Source: a virus. Taken from it: a stretch of DNA of 24,307 nucleotides. The notes under the pieces were generated by a model. The model was not told where the DNA came from, did no database searches, and was given only the letters and a program-made list of their open reading frames with translations. The DNA lies in UHGV virus genome UHGV-1419674, one strand, 5' to 3'. Shown here one piece after another: positions 9,129 through 17,737 of the stretch (position 1 is the stretch's first letter; the number at the start of each line of letters is the position of its first letter). Made by a program: the position numbers and the translations under genes.

Positions 9129-11645
9129 TTACCTGCGATTGGTCGCATTCCAGATAAGCCCACCGGGCTGGATTGCCCTAGCGATACCATCATTGACAGA
9201 TTTGTTAATCACCTGCTGATACGCCTTACCCAGCCTGTCTCCGTCGTTTTGCTGCTGTGCGTTACCGGAAGCATTCTCGACCGTCACCGGGGCATACACA
9301 CTGACACCGAAAGGTGCTGCAGCCGGGCCTGTACCACCGCCCCCGACATACCCTCCCGTTGCATAGCCTTTCATCATCCGGTAAAGATTGCCGACGCCGA
9401 TCCTGCTGGTAGCCTCTTTGGTGAAAACAAACTCACCACGGTGAACGACACCTGCTGGCTCATATTTCCCGCCTGAACCGGTATAACCGCCACCTGCAAA
9501 TCCCAGCGCGGTTGATGCTGAATCCACCAGGCCTACCATCGCCTGTTTCAGCAGGATCTGTGTCAGCATGGAGAGCGTGGAGCGGGTGAAGTCAGCCCAG
9601 TCAGCCTTTCCGCGCGTCAGCATGTCAGCCATATTTTGCCCAATGCCATCAAACGTACTGCTGGCAAACGACTTTATCTGGCCATAAGCATCAGAAGCAG
9701 AATCAACATAATCTGCCCATGCGGATTTGGCTCCGGATTGCCAGTCACCCCGAAGCTTATCCTGCTCGGCGTAATACGCATGCAGCCCCTGCAGCTCATT
9801 CTGATAACCGGCATCGTTTTCGGAACCTCCACCATTTTTCCACCCCTGAAGAAGCTGGGCCTCCTCGTTGCGGCGTTGTGCTGCACGACTGCTCATACCA
9901 GCACTTTCCGCCAGGGCTCGGGTTTTCTCGCCGATCTGCGTGACGTATTTTTGGGACGTATCCTGCAGGCGATTAAGCCGCTCCTGCGCCACTATCTGAT
10001 CGCCGAGCTTCGCGTTCAGCTCCGCACGGGAAAGCACCTCGCTTTTACTGGCCAGCAGGGATTTTTCCTCGGCAGAAAGCGTCCGGGTCTTCGCGGCCTC
10101 TTCCAGAACCGTAAAACGGGACTGCTTACGCCACAGCTCCTGACGCTGCTGGCTGATGGTGTCATTTATCCCCTTATGCTCCTGCAGGGTGCGCAGCTGT
10201 GCTTCCAGCTCCATCGTCTGGGCGCTGGCCGCATCGGTTGCACGGGTACCGGCAGGAGTCCTGACTGCAGGTGTTTTCTTCGGCTTTTTAAGGGTGTCTT
10301 CGTACTCTTTTTTCGCGGCAGCCAGGTTGATGTTGTAGTCAGCCTGGAGGATCCGCCCCTCTTTCAGCGCCTTGTTGAGCTCGCTCTGCCTGGCCGTGTA
10401 TTTCTCCAGTGCCGTCTGCGTTTTGGCATAGTTTGCCTGTGCCTGCGCAGCATACTTCTGGCGATCCGATTCCGCAGCCGCTTCGCGCGATGCATTCTCT
10501 TCGTTCGCCCTGGCAATTCCCGCCTGCTGCTGCGCCATATCCAGCGCAAGCCTGGCCGTTTCGCGGTCATTCCAGAATCGGGCGCGAGCCTCATCATTGA
10601 CATATCGGTCACCTTTACGCAGGTTCCAGATTTCATCAGCCTTTTTAAACGCGGCCTGGGCTTTTGCCACCATCTCCTGGGCGGTGTCAGGTCTGCCAAT
10701 ATCAAGTGCAGCATCCCACATCGACTTGAAGGCACGCTTCAGGGAATCCGCTGAAGACTCAATCGTCCCCATATTGTCGCGGATGGCCTTGGTCTGATCG
10801 TTGAATCCGGCAGTAGCAGCCTGATTAGCCGCCTGCAGTGCGCCAGCCTCATCACCGGCACGCTGCAGCTGTGCCACATGGGCAATCTGTTCGGCCGTAA
10901 CGTTGTGGAACTGCTGAGCCATCGCGATCAGGCCTGATGTAGGGTCAGTAGTGAGCTTGCCGTATGCGGCTGCGACTTTTTCCACCGGCACGCCGGAGGC
11001 ATCAGTAAATCGCGCCACCGCCTGGCTCATTTCATCAAAGCGCGAACTCGCGCCCACCCCCGCGTTGATAAGCTCGCTCAGGGCTTCGCTGGTCTGATTG
11101 AACGTCAGCCCCGCTGCCTGGCCGTTTCGTGCCAGCGCCAACATACGATCGGCAGTCAATCCGGCCGTGTTCCCCGACAGTACCAGCGTTTTGTTGAAGT
11201 CAGATAGTGTGGATGAGCCCTGGTACCAGGCATAGAACAGCGCACCCGTTGCGGCGGACAGCGCACCGATGCCGACCATCAACGGTGAGATCGTACCCAG
11301 TAAGGCCCTGAATGTTGGTATTATCCCGCCAAAGGAGTCCTTAACCTGACCGCCCTGCTGAAGCAGAATCAGCCATGGGTTCTGCCCGCCCGCTAGCTGC
11401 GTAGCTATATCGGTAAACTGCGCCGGAAGCATACGCATTGCTGCGTTATACTGGCCTATTGAAATACCCGCCTTGCGCGCGGCGTTCTCCTGGCGGCTAA
11501 AGGACTGCTGGATCCGTAGCGCTTCGTCGTTCGCCGCGCTGCCAGTCTGCTTTAATTCTTTTTTGACGTAGTTAAGCTGCTCGTTAAATTTCGTCGAGTT
11601 AACGTCAAGGTTAACGACCAGATCACCCACTGCCGTCTGGGCCAT
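9129..11645 (-). CDS. H: Tail tape measure protein H (838 aa)
   Basis: Long Ala/Gln-rich, largely helical protein between G-T and M; size close to lambda gpH (853 aa). Confidence 0.93.
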   Translation of the reverse strand: MAQTAVGDLVVNLDVNSTKFNEQLNYVKKELKQTGSAANDEALRIQQSFSRQENAARKAGISIGQYNAAMRMLPAQFTDIATQLAGGQNPWLILLQQGGQVKDSFGGIIPTFRALLGTISPLMVGIGALSAATGALFYAWYQGSSTLSDFNKTLVLSGNTAGLTADRMLALARNGQAAGLTFNQTSEALSELINAGVGASSRFDEMSQAVARFTDASGVPVEKVAAAYGKLTTDPTSGLIAMAQQFHNVTAEQIAHVAQLQRAGDEAGALQAANQAATAGFNDQTKAIRDNMGTIESSADSLKRAFKSMWDAALDIGRPDTAQEMVAKAQAAFKKADEIWNLRKGDRYVNDEARARFWNDRETARLALDMAQQQAGIARANEENASREAAAESDRQKYAAQAQANYAKTQTALEKYTARQSELNKALKEGRILQADYNINLAAAKKEYEDTLKKPKKTPAVRTPAGTRATDAASAQTMELEAQLRTLQEHKGINDTISQQRQELWRKQSRFTVLEEAAKTRTLSAEEKSLLASKSEVLSRAELNAKLGDQIVAQERLNRLQDTSQKYVTQIGEKTRALAESAGMSSRAAQRRNEEAQLLQGWKNGGGSENDAGYQNELQGLHAYYAEQDKLRGDWQSGAKSAWADYVDSASDAYGQIKSFASSTFDGIGQNMADMLTRGKADWADFTRSTLSMLTQILLKQAMVGLVDSASTALGFAGGGYTGSGGKYEPAGVVHRGEFVFTKEATSRIGVGNLYRMMKGYATGGYVGGGGTGPAAAPFGVSVYAPVTVENASGNAQQQNDGDRLGKAYQQVINKSVNDGIARAIQPGGLIWNATNRR

Positions 11646-12374
11646 AGCGCACGCCTCCTGAAATACCTGCAGCCTTCGCCATCAGCGTATCGTCATCCGG
11701 CTCATCAACGTCGATGCTTTCCGATACAGGGGAAAGGATGCTGAAACTGTCCGGTGTTAATTCCGGATCAGCAAAAAACAGGGTTGAGATGGTGTAGAGC
11801 AAACCGGAGAAATGAGCATCCAGCTGCGCATCATGAAAGTAATTGTCCTGGTAGAAGATTTTCCAGTCGCCGTATTCCGTTGAGGACATGCCAGCAAGCA
11901 TGGCACGCCAGTCCGGGCGACCGAACTCACGCGCCAGTTTCATGGCAAACTTCAGCTCACTGGCGAGGGCTTTTCCGCAGTAACAGGTTCAGCGGGTTCA
12001 TTACGTTCTTCACCGGGCTCAGCCTGGTCATCAGTGACCGGCGCAATCATCCCGGACAGGAGTTTCACCTTATATTCGGCTTCGGCAACAAGTTCGGTCG
12101 GCCATGTCTGCATGACCTCATCCTGAATCTGCTCCACTTCCGCCGCCGCGTTTTCTCCCTGCGATCCTTTAAGCGCGTGGCCATGCCAGAGTGACATTGC
12201 CACCAGATATGCTCCACTCTTCACGGTAAGGGTAATGGCAGCCTGAAAATCACCAGCTTCAACCGCCTCAAGTTGTTTCAGGTATTCGAGGTATTCAATA
12301 CGCTGCAGCGCCGACAGCTGGAACAATGTGACGCTGCTGCCGTTACTTTCAAGCAGCTCGCTCTTTAGAAACAT
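11623..12374 (-). CDS. GT: G-T fusion tail assembly chaperone made by -1 programmed ribosomal frameshift near the 3' end of G
   Basis: The T frame (11623-11943) is -1 relative to G; it is open upstream only for about 18 nt beyond the heptamer GGAAAAG (minus strand, plus coordinates 11970-11976), the counterpart of lambda's GGGAAAG. Exact fusion coordinates not determined. Confidence 0.75.
11952..12374 (-). CDS. G: Tail assembly chaperone G (140 aa)
   Basis: Aligns from memory with lambda gpG (MFLK...SALQRIE...LVAMSLWH...TWPTE...AEPVSA); GGAG RBS upstream. Confidence 0.9.
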   Translation of the reverse strand: MFLKSELLESNGSSVTLFQLSALQRIEYLEYLKQLEAVEAGDFQAAITLTVKSGAYLVAMSLWHGHALKGSQGENAAAEVEQIQDEVMQTWPTELVAEAEYKVKLLSGMIAPVTDDQAEPGEERNEPAEPVTAEKPSPVS

Positions 12375-12390
12375 AATTACTCCGGGGGAA

Positions 12391-12406
12391 CGGGGCTTTC
12401 GCCCCG
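12391..12406 (-). other. Stem-loop between V stop and G start (RNA: CGGGGC-GAAA-GCCCCG, GNRA tetraloop)
   Basis: Perfect 6-bp GC stem read directly from the sequence; followed on the coding strand by UUCCCCCGGAG (the G RBS), so not a canonical terminator. Confidence 0.45.
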
Positions 12407-12410
12407 GTTA

Positions 12411-13148
12411 TCAGGAAACAGTGACTTTGCAGATCGCCACAAAGTTACCGTCATTGCTCATTACGATGATCTCGACGGTGCCTGCCGCCACGCCGGTAAC
12501 AGTCAGGGTATTGCCGCTGACGGTGACCGTTGCTTTTGACGGATCAGAACTGGCTACGCGGAAAGACTTATCTGAAGCACTTGCTGGCAGGACAGAAACA
12601 ACCAGTTGCGTCGTGGCCGCGACAGCCACAGCCGCCGTGGATTTATCCAGGCTGATCCCCGTAACGGCAATCGGCGCGGTACCACTGTCTTCGGCCAGCG
12701 ATGGTTTGCCATTGTTGGTGATTTTTGCCGTGCGGGTCATGACCTCTTTAGACGAGATGGTCTTGCCGAGACTGCTCACCCAGCCCTTAAAGACATCGAC
12801 AACACCATTCGGATATTTGATTTTATACCCCTTCACGGTGCCTTCATCGAACCAGTTCACCAGGTCCTGCTGACCGGAATCCTCCGGCATCCATGCGAGC
12901 GTCAGGTTTGTTTCACCGGCTGATTTCTGCCCCTGCATCGTTGATGTCCAGTCGGCATTCTCATCATCGATGTAGGTGTCATCTTCCGATTCAGCTGTCA
13001 GTTCTCCGGGCTGCAGGTCTTTAATCTTTGCCAGGCGCAGCCAGTCAACGTCTGAAAGCGGATTGGCGTATGGATCACCAGTTCCGGTGTAAACCCAGAG
13101 GGTGGTACCAGCACCTTTTGTTGGTGCCAGCGGGTTTGGTGTGGCCAT
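12411..13148 (-). CDS. V: Major tail protein V (245 aa) with C-terminal Ig-like domain
   Basis: Position and size (lambda gpV 246 aa); C-terminal segment with alternating beta-pattern typical of the gpV Ig-like domain. Confidence 0.93.
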   Translation of the reverse strand: MATPNPLAPTKGAGTTLWVYTGTGDPYANPLSDVDWLRLAKIKDLQPGELTAESEDDTYIDDENADWTSTMQGQKSAGETNLTLAWMPEDSGQQDLVNWFDEGTVKGYKIKYPNGVVDVFKGWVSSLGKTISSKEVMTRTAKITNNGKPSLAEDSGTAPIAVTGISLDKSTAAVAVAATTQLVVSVLPASASDKSFRVASSDPSKATVTVSGNTLTVTGVAAGTVEIIVMSNDGNFVAICKVTVS

Positions 13149-13155
13149 AGGGTCC

Positions 13156-13554
13156 TCACATGTCGTAAGTAATGGAATATTTCAGGTCGGCAGAACTCCA
13201 CAGCGCCATATCGTCATCGCGCTGGTAGTCATAGCCCTGCTGAACCATTGTGGTGATAAGAGATTCAAGCCCAGTAACCTCTGCGAGAACCGGATACACT
13301 CTCGTCTCCATCCAGTCATCCAGATCAGAATCAGGTACCTGAGCCTCAAGAAAGACTTCGATATGCAGAATGGCCTGCCAGCTATCGGCGTCCAGTTCTT
13401 CCCCTGTGTATTCCGCATCTGTCAGGTAGACGGCAACAGCGGGAAAATCACCCTCTTCGAGCACTGCAGGTCTGCCGTCAAAATAAATGACATCAGTACC
13501 AATCGCGCTTTCCAGCGCGTCAATAATCACCTTGCGAATATCGCTGTGTTTCAT
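13156..13554 (-). CDS. U: Tail terminator protein U (132 aa)
   Basis: Position and size (lambda gpU 131 aa). Confidence 0.88.
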   Translation of the reverse strand: MKHSDIRKVIIDALESAIGTDVIYFDGRPAVLEEGDFPAVAVYLTDAEYTGEELDADSWQAILHIEVFLEAQVPDSDLDDWMETRVYPVLAEVTGLESLITTMVQQGYDYQRDDDMALWSSADLKYSITYDM

Positions 13555-14105
13555 CGTGTCAGAATTAACCTGAGTTGGTTGGTAAGGGATGCCCGGAGCT
13601 CTTTGGGCATATCTGACTCCATGAGCTTCGGCAGTTCTTCTTTAAATGCCGTAGTTAATGGAGCTGCCAGCGGGATGCTGACCACTTCAATGGGGTAACG
13701 AGGTTTTGAAGTCCGCCTCATGACATGCCAGCGACCATTTTTAAGTTGCTGGATAAAGCCGCCCGGAAAACGAAATGGCCCTATGCGCAGAACGCTGTTG
13801 GCCCCTTTCTTGTCCCGTTTTCTGCGGGAAAGTCGCACGCTTGCGGTACCGAGTTTAATGGCCGGTAAATTTCCCCGGTTTACCCGGATAAGTGCACGAG
13901 GTCTATTGACCGTCGCACGCTTCACCCTGGCGCGTTGCTTTACCAGTTTTCGCGGTACGCGCGTATCTTTTGATACGACTGCCACGCTGCGGCTGACGGC
14001 CCGGTTTGCCACGCGGTTAACGGCCTGCGCCGATGCCCGCGGAACAGCCGTTTTGCTGATGCTGTTAAGGTTTTCTATGGCCTGTTCAAGGCCTTTTATG
14101 GACAT
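13551..14105 (-). CDS. Z: Tail completion protein Z (184 aa)
   Basis: Aligns from memory with lambda gpZ (M-IKGLEQA-ENL..ISKTAVP...KNGRWHVM...). Confidence 0.88.
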   Translation of the reverse strand: MSIKGLEQAIENLNSISKTAVPRASAQAVNRVANRAVSRSVAVVSKDTRVPRKLVKQRARVKRATVNRPRALIRVNRGNLPAIKLGTASVRLSRRKRDKKGANSVLRIGPFRFPGGFIQQLKNGRWHVMRRTSKPRYPIEVVSIPLAAPLTTAFKEELPKLMESDMPKELRASLTNQLRLILTR

Positions 14106-14114
14106 ATGCGCTCC

Positions 14115-14468
14115 TTAACGGCGACGCGAAGATGCAGGTGGAGAGCCGTTACCCAGACAGATATGACAGGAGCCACAGTCATCCGGACCAATACGTTCAA
14201 CCCAGAATTGCCGACCGTTAATCGTCAGCGTGTCCATACGCTGCAGCTGCCTGACAGTGGCGGTTTCCACAAACAGGGTCGGGCTGGTTCCTTCAACACG
14301 AATCCCGGCACCGGCATATCCGATATTTTCTGGATCATCGAATACACCGACCAGGGTGGCACCTGACAAAGCGCCTGACATCACCTTTGCCTCTGTGCCC
14401 ATCACACCACGGATAGCGCTATCAGCTCGCGACATGGCCTCGTCAAAGAGATTATCGAAATCAGCCAT
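14115..14468 (-). CDS. FII: Head-tail joining protein FII (117 aa)
   Basis: Near-identical N-terminus to lambda gpFII (MADFDNLFD...FDDPEN..YAG.G.RVEG.SP.LFV...DD.GSCH..LG.G.PPA..RRR). Confidence 0.93.
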   Translation of the reverse strand: MADFDNLFDEAMSRADSAIRGVMGTEAKVMSGALSGATLVGVFDDPENIGYAGAGIRVEGTSPTLFVETATVRQLQRMDTLTINGRQFWVERIGPDDCGSCHICLGNGSPPASSRRR

Positions 14469-14478
14469 GTGGCCCCCT

Positions 14479-14913
14479 TCAGACTTCGAAAGCCAGCCCC
14501 TTTGCGATCAAGTCGTCGGCATCCTGTTCAGATACGCGGATAATCACACCAGGCTCTACGATAGATACCGGCTCGTTACGCGTGGCATGCAGAGCGTCAA
14601 TATGCAGGGTGGCCAGCGTTTCTACTGATACCAGGTCACCCGTTGTGGCCGATTCCGTTTTTACTTTTGCCACGTTAGCAACATTGCTGTCGGTGCTGTC
14701 GGTGCTGTCGGTGCTGTCGGTGCTGTCGGTGCTGTCGGAAGCATTCTGCACGCCGTTTTCACCGTCAACTGACCCGGCATTGCCATCCAGTTCCTCTTCA
14801 AGCTCAGCAATACGCATCGTCAGTTCCTGAATGGTGCCGCTGGTACTGACCTCGCGGTTAAGCTGGGTCCCAAGTTCATTCAGGCGGGCGACCAGCTTTT
14901 CTTTTTCTGTCAT
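14479..14913 (-). CDS. FI: DNA packaging protein FI (144 aa from the ATG at 14913), with an internal (STD)n linker repeat
   Basis: Aligns with lambda gpFI (LIARL..LG.QLNR.VS..GT..EL..R.AEL.EELD...LHTDALHATRDEPV). The ORF-track start at 14949 is a GTG; the ATG at 14913 has a GGAG RBS and matches the lambda N-terminus. Confidence 0.85.
   Translation of the reverse strand: MTEKEKLVARLNELGTQLNREVSTSGTIQELTMRIAELEEELDGNAGSVDGENGVQNASDSTDSTDSTDSTDSTDSNVANVAKVKTESATTGDLVSVETLATLHIDALHATRNEPVSIVEPGVIIRVSEQDADDLIAKGLAFEV
14686..14730. repeat. In-frame 9-bp tandem repeat (GCTGTCGGT x about 5) encoding STDSTDSTDSTDSTDS inside FI
   Basis: Four perfect 9-bp units at 14686-14721 plus one unit with a single mismatch, read directly from the sequence. 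Confidence 0.9.
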
Positions 14914-14931
14914 GGGAAATACTCCAGAAAG

Positions 14932-14949
14932 GTGGCCCGACAGGGCCAC
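14932..14949 (-). other. Stem-loop 9 nt downstream of the major capsid gene E stop (RNA: GUGGCCC-UGUC-GGGCCAC)
   Basis: 7-bp GC-rich perfect stem; followed by CUUUCUGGAG (the FI RBS); lacks a long U tract. Confidence 0.45.
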
Positions 14950-14958
14950 TGGGGGAAG

Positions 14959-15984
14959 TTATGCCAGTTTGACGGAGACGAATGCGTCAGGGTCTGGCAG
15001 CAGCATCAGCGGAGCTGACTGAATCATGGTGAATTCGCGCGCCGGATCCCCCGACTGCACCCAGTTTTTCGGGTAGCGTGTCGAGGCATTGATACCTTCG
15101 CGCTGGGCATCAGCATCAAGAATGCAGCCATAGGTACGCAGGCCACGAGCCTGGGTATTCCCCAGCACCATTGTCAGGTCCGGCAGATAATTCTTTTTGA
15201 CGTCGTTTTCGACGTACTGGCCGGAGTACACCACGATGGCCACATCGCCAAACATCCCCTTGTATGAAACAGCCATACCCAGGTCTTTCACGGCAGTTTC
15301 CAGCTCAGAGTTAGAACCACGACGCGTATCCAGCTTCTTCTCAACAGCCTTGAAGGAACGGAACAGCGCCCAGCCTTTCGGATCGAACACAATGATGTTG
15401 ACCACACCGCTGGCGTTGAGCGCGTAGGCTTCAATGTCATCGGTCGGGTCATACGTTTCTTTGTCGCGGGTTGACCATGCAGCCGCACCGGCCTGGACAA
15501 TGTTGTTACCAGCGCTGCGGCCCATATCGACTTCAACAGGCTCGAACGCTTCCCCGGTCATGGTGTATTTACCGCTGAGCACCGCCGAAACAGCCTGTTT
15601 CTCTTCGACCTGAGCAATCGCCAGCTCTTCATCCTTCATGTTCTGAAGGATAATGCGGCGACGGCGATAGACCGGGTCAGCGAGATTCTGCGGATCCTCA
15701 TCCGGCAGGCGGCGGAGAGTCATCAGTGGGTTAACTTCGTGTTTCGGCTTCACATAACCCGGCGTGAATTCAGACGTGCTGCCGCCACGGGAGCGGATCA
15801 CTTTGCCGGAGACAATCGGCGAGACGTAAAGCGCCATATTGACCAGGCCAGGAATTTGCGACAGGTAAACCTTCTCTGTACTGAAGGGATAGGTTTCGCG
15901 GAAAAAGATACGCAGGAAAAGCGGATCGAATTTGAATTTCTTCTCATTGACCGCCAGCAGTTGGGCAGTGGTGTAAACGGACAT
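14959..15984 (-). CDS. E: Major capsid protein E (341 aa)
   Basis: Position between D and FI and size identical to lambda gpE (341 aa). Confidence 0.95.
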   Translation of the reverse strand: MSVYTTAQLLAVNEKKFKFDPLFLRIFFRETYPFSTEKVYLSQIPGLVNMALYVSPIVSGKVIRSRGGSTSEFTPGYVKPKHEVNPLMTLRRLPDEDPQNLADPVYRRRRIILQNMKDEELAIAQVEEKQAVSAVLSGKYTMTGEAFEPVEVDMGRSAGNNIVQAGAAAWSTRDKETYDPTDDIEAYALNASGVVNIIVFDPKGWALFRSFKAVEKKLDTRRGSNSELETAVKDLGMAVSYKGMFGDVAIVVYSGQYVENDVKKNYLPDLTMVLGNTQARGLRTYGCILDADAQREGINASTRYPKNWVQSGDPAREFTMIQSAPLMLLPDPDAFVSVKLA

Positions 15985-15997
15985 AGATTTTTCCCGT

Positions 15998-16018
15998 AAA
16001 AAAAGCCGCGCAAGCGGC
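15998..16018 (-). terminator. Strong intrinsic terminator-like hairpin in the 67-bp D-E intergenic region (RNA: GCCGC-UUGC-GCGGC followed by U7)
   Basis: Stem 16005-16009 and 16014-16018; A7 at 15998-16004 on the plus strand gives U7 after the hairpin on the coding strand; T4 on the other side makes it weakly bidirectional. Confidence 0.6.
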
Positions 16019-16051
16019 TTTTATGAATGATGATGGTTGTAGAAATGCGGA

Positions 16052-16384
16052 TTAAACGATGCTGATTGCAGTACCGGCGAACGCGTTACGTTTAATGTTG
16101 TCGTCGGTGACGGCAGATGGCCAGAGGACATCTTCAATACGGAAAGAGCCAGATTTGTAATATGCCAGTTCCGCGCTGTTCTGGTCTGCGGTTACAGCCA
16201 GAACGCCCACAGCCTCGCCAGCATGAGTACCATCCCAGGCGGTCAGCTTGCCAGAGGTAGCATCCAGCATGAGCGGTGTCATGGCTGGGGTGGATGCCGT
16301 CAGTTCGCCTGGACCATACGCGGTGTGCGCCGGGTCGCTGTTACCAAGCGGCTGGGTATGTGTGAAAACTTCGGTAATTACCAT
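16052..16384 (-). CDS. D: Head decoration protein D (110 aa)
   Basis: Aligns with lambda gpD ([30 protein letters not shown]...KL.AWDGT..G.AVG.LAV.ADQ.S..L..YKSG.F..EDVLWP...D...[12 protein letters not shown]). Confidence 0.95.
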   Translation of the reverse strand: MVITEVFTHTQPLGNSDPAHTAYGPGELTASTPAMTPLMLDATSGKLTAWDGTHAGEAVGVLAVTADQNSAELAYYKSGSFRIEDVLWPSAVTDDNIKRNAFAGTAISIV

Positions 16385-16393
16385 GATTGCCTC

Positions 16394-16807
16394 TTAAACG
16401 GGAGTATTTAACAAATCATCAACGGAATCAGTCGATGCGTTGCCTGCTGATACTGCACCTGGTGCAGCTTCCATCAGGCGATCCAGTGCCGTATCGGTAC
16501 GCGCCTGGGCACTTTGCGGTGCAGCAGCCAGAATGCGCTGTGCGCTCTCGACCGTCATTCCCGGCGTTTCGGCCAGTACGCGAGCCTGTGACTCTCGCCC
16601 TTTCGCCTCTTCGCAGTTCAGGATCCCCATGATGCGACCGTTCTCTGCTGCTACTGCTGCAGAGACCTGAGCACTCACATCTACTGGAGACATTGCGGCA
16701 GTAGTGGTTGCGTCAACCGTGGTGACCTGCTCAGCCGGTGCAGTAGTCTGAGTAGCTGACTGGTCGGCTGGATTATTGGTCGCTGCAGATGCAGAAGGTG
16801 ATGGCAT
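16394..16807 (-). CDS. nu3: Nested in-frame scaffold protein Nu3 (137 aa) started internally within C
   Basis: Internal ATG at 16807 is in frame with C and preceded by GGAGG with 4-nt spacing (GGAGGaactATG); lambda Nu3 is likewise nested in-frame in C. Confidence 0.6.
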   Translation of the reverse strand: MPSPSASAATNNPADQSATQTTAPAEQVTTVDATTTAAMSPVDVSAQVSAAVAAENGRIMGILNCEEAKGRESQARVLAETPGMTVESAQRILAAAPQSAQARTDTALDRLMEAAPGAVSAGNASTDSVDDLLNTPV

Positions 16808-17737
16808 AGTTCCTCCAAGGGTTGTTTTTTTGCGTCTGTCGAGTGCTTCGCGCATCACGCCGAGCGCATCGGTATTGTTAACAAGTTCATCCGCCAGCCC
16901 GTTATCCACGGACTCCTGGCCGGAAAATACTGCCGCTTCGGTGTTCAGTACGTCCTGAACGGACATACCGGTATAAGCGGAAACTTTTTCGGCAAACATC
17001 TGACGGGTGGCATCGATACGCGTCTGGAAATCAGCACGCACATCTTCAGGGAGCTTTTCGTAAGGGTTGCCGTCGACCTTGTGATCTCCGCTGTAAATCA
17101 GCGTGACCTCAACGCCGTTAGTTTTTAGCGCAGCACCATAGTTGCTGTGCGCCATCATTACCCCGATGGAGCCGGTTCTGGCCGTTTGCGTGACCAGCCG
17201 TCGCGATGCCGAACTAGCAATAAGCTGACCTGCACTGCAGTTCATGTCATTGGCCAGCGCCCAGATGGGTTTGATATCGCGCATACGGGCAATAATGTCA
17301 GCGCAGTCAAATGCCCCTGACACCATTCCACCCGGCGTATCCATGTCCAGCAGAATGCCGTCGACGCCGGGGTCACTGATGGCCTGCTGCAGGCGAGCGA
17401 TGATCCCGTTGTAACCCGTCATCCCGGAATAAGGCTGCAGCGCACGGGTTTTACTCACCAGAGTGCCGGAAACCGGCAAGACCGCGATACCATTTGCCAC
17501 CTGATAGCTGCGCGATGGTCGGGGTTCCATGTCATCATCATCACCAAACAGCGCCAGCGGTTCGGCTATTTGTCCGGCGTCAAGCGTGATGCCAGAGACG
17601 GTATCTGTCAGCCGGGTGATGCCCAGCTGACCAGCTAAGGCACAAAAGAAAACCCGCGCGTAGGCGGGTTCAAGCATCAGCGGCTCATTAAAGGCCATAC
17701 TGGCGATATGCGGAAGATTACGCAGCTCGTGCGCCAT
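16394..17737 (-). CDS. C: Head maturation protease / scaffold C (447 aa), S49/ClpP-like peptidase
   Basis: Position between B and D; size close to lambda gpC (439 aa); overlaps the B stop. Confidence 0.9.
   Translation of the reverse strand: MAHELRNLPHIASMAFNEPLMLEPAYARVFFCALAGQLGITRLTDTVSGITLDAGQIAEPLALFGDDDDMEPRPSRSYQVANGIAVLPVSGTLVSKTRALQPYSGMTGYNGIIARLQQAISDPGVDGILLDMDTPGGMVSGAFDCADIIARMRDIKPIWALANDMNCSAGQLIASSASRRLVTQTARTGSIGVMMAHSNYGAALKTNGVEVTLIYSGDHKVDGNPYEKLPEDVRADFQTRIDATRQMFAEKVSAYTGMSVQDVLNTEAAVFSGQESVDNGLADELVNNTDALGVMREALDRRKKTTLGGTMPSPSASAATNNPADQSATQTTAPAEQVTTVDATTTAAMSPVDVSAQVSAAVAAENGRIMGILNCEEAKGRESQARVLAETPGMTVESAQRILAAAPQSAQARTDTALDRLMEAAPGAVSAGNASTDSVDDLLNTPV

Noticed and set aside
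9636-10754. 372-aa plus-strand ORF
   Set aside because: Lies entirely antisense within the tape measure gene H; GC-rich coding DNA commonly gives long antisense shadow ORFs; Pro/Arg/Leu-rich low-complexity translation and no RBS.
12328-13698. Plus-strand ORFs of 181, 105 and 198 aa (12328-12873, 12606-12923, 13102-13698)
   Set aside because: All antisense to the well-supported V, U and Z genes; shadow ORFs.
14686-14730. Tandem repeat as a possible CRISPR or minisatellite element
   Set aside because: The 9-bp units are in frame inside FI and encode a peptide linker; there are no spacers and no repeat-spacer architecture.
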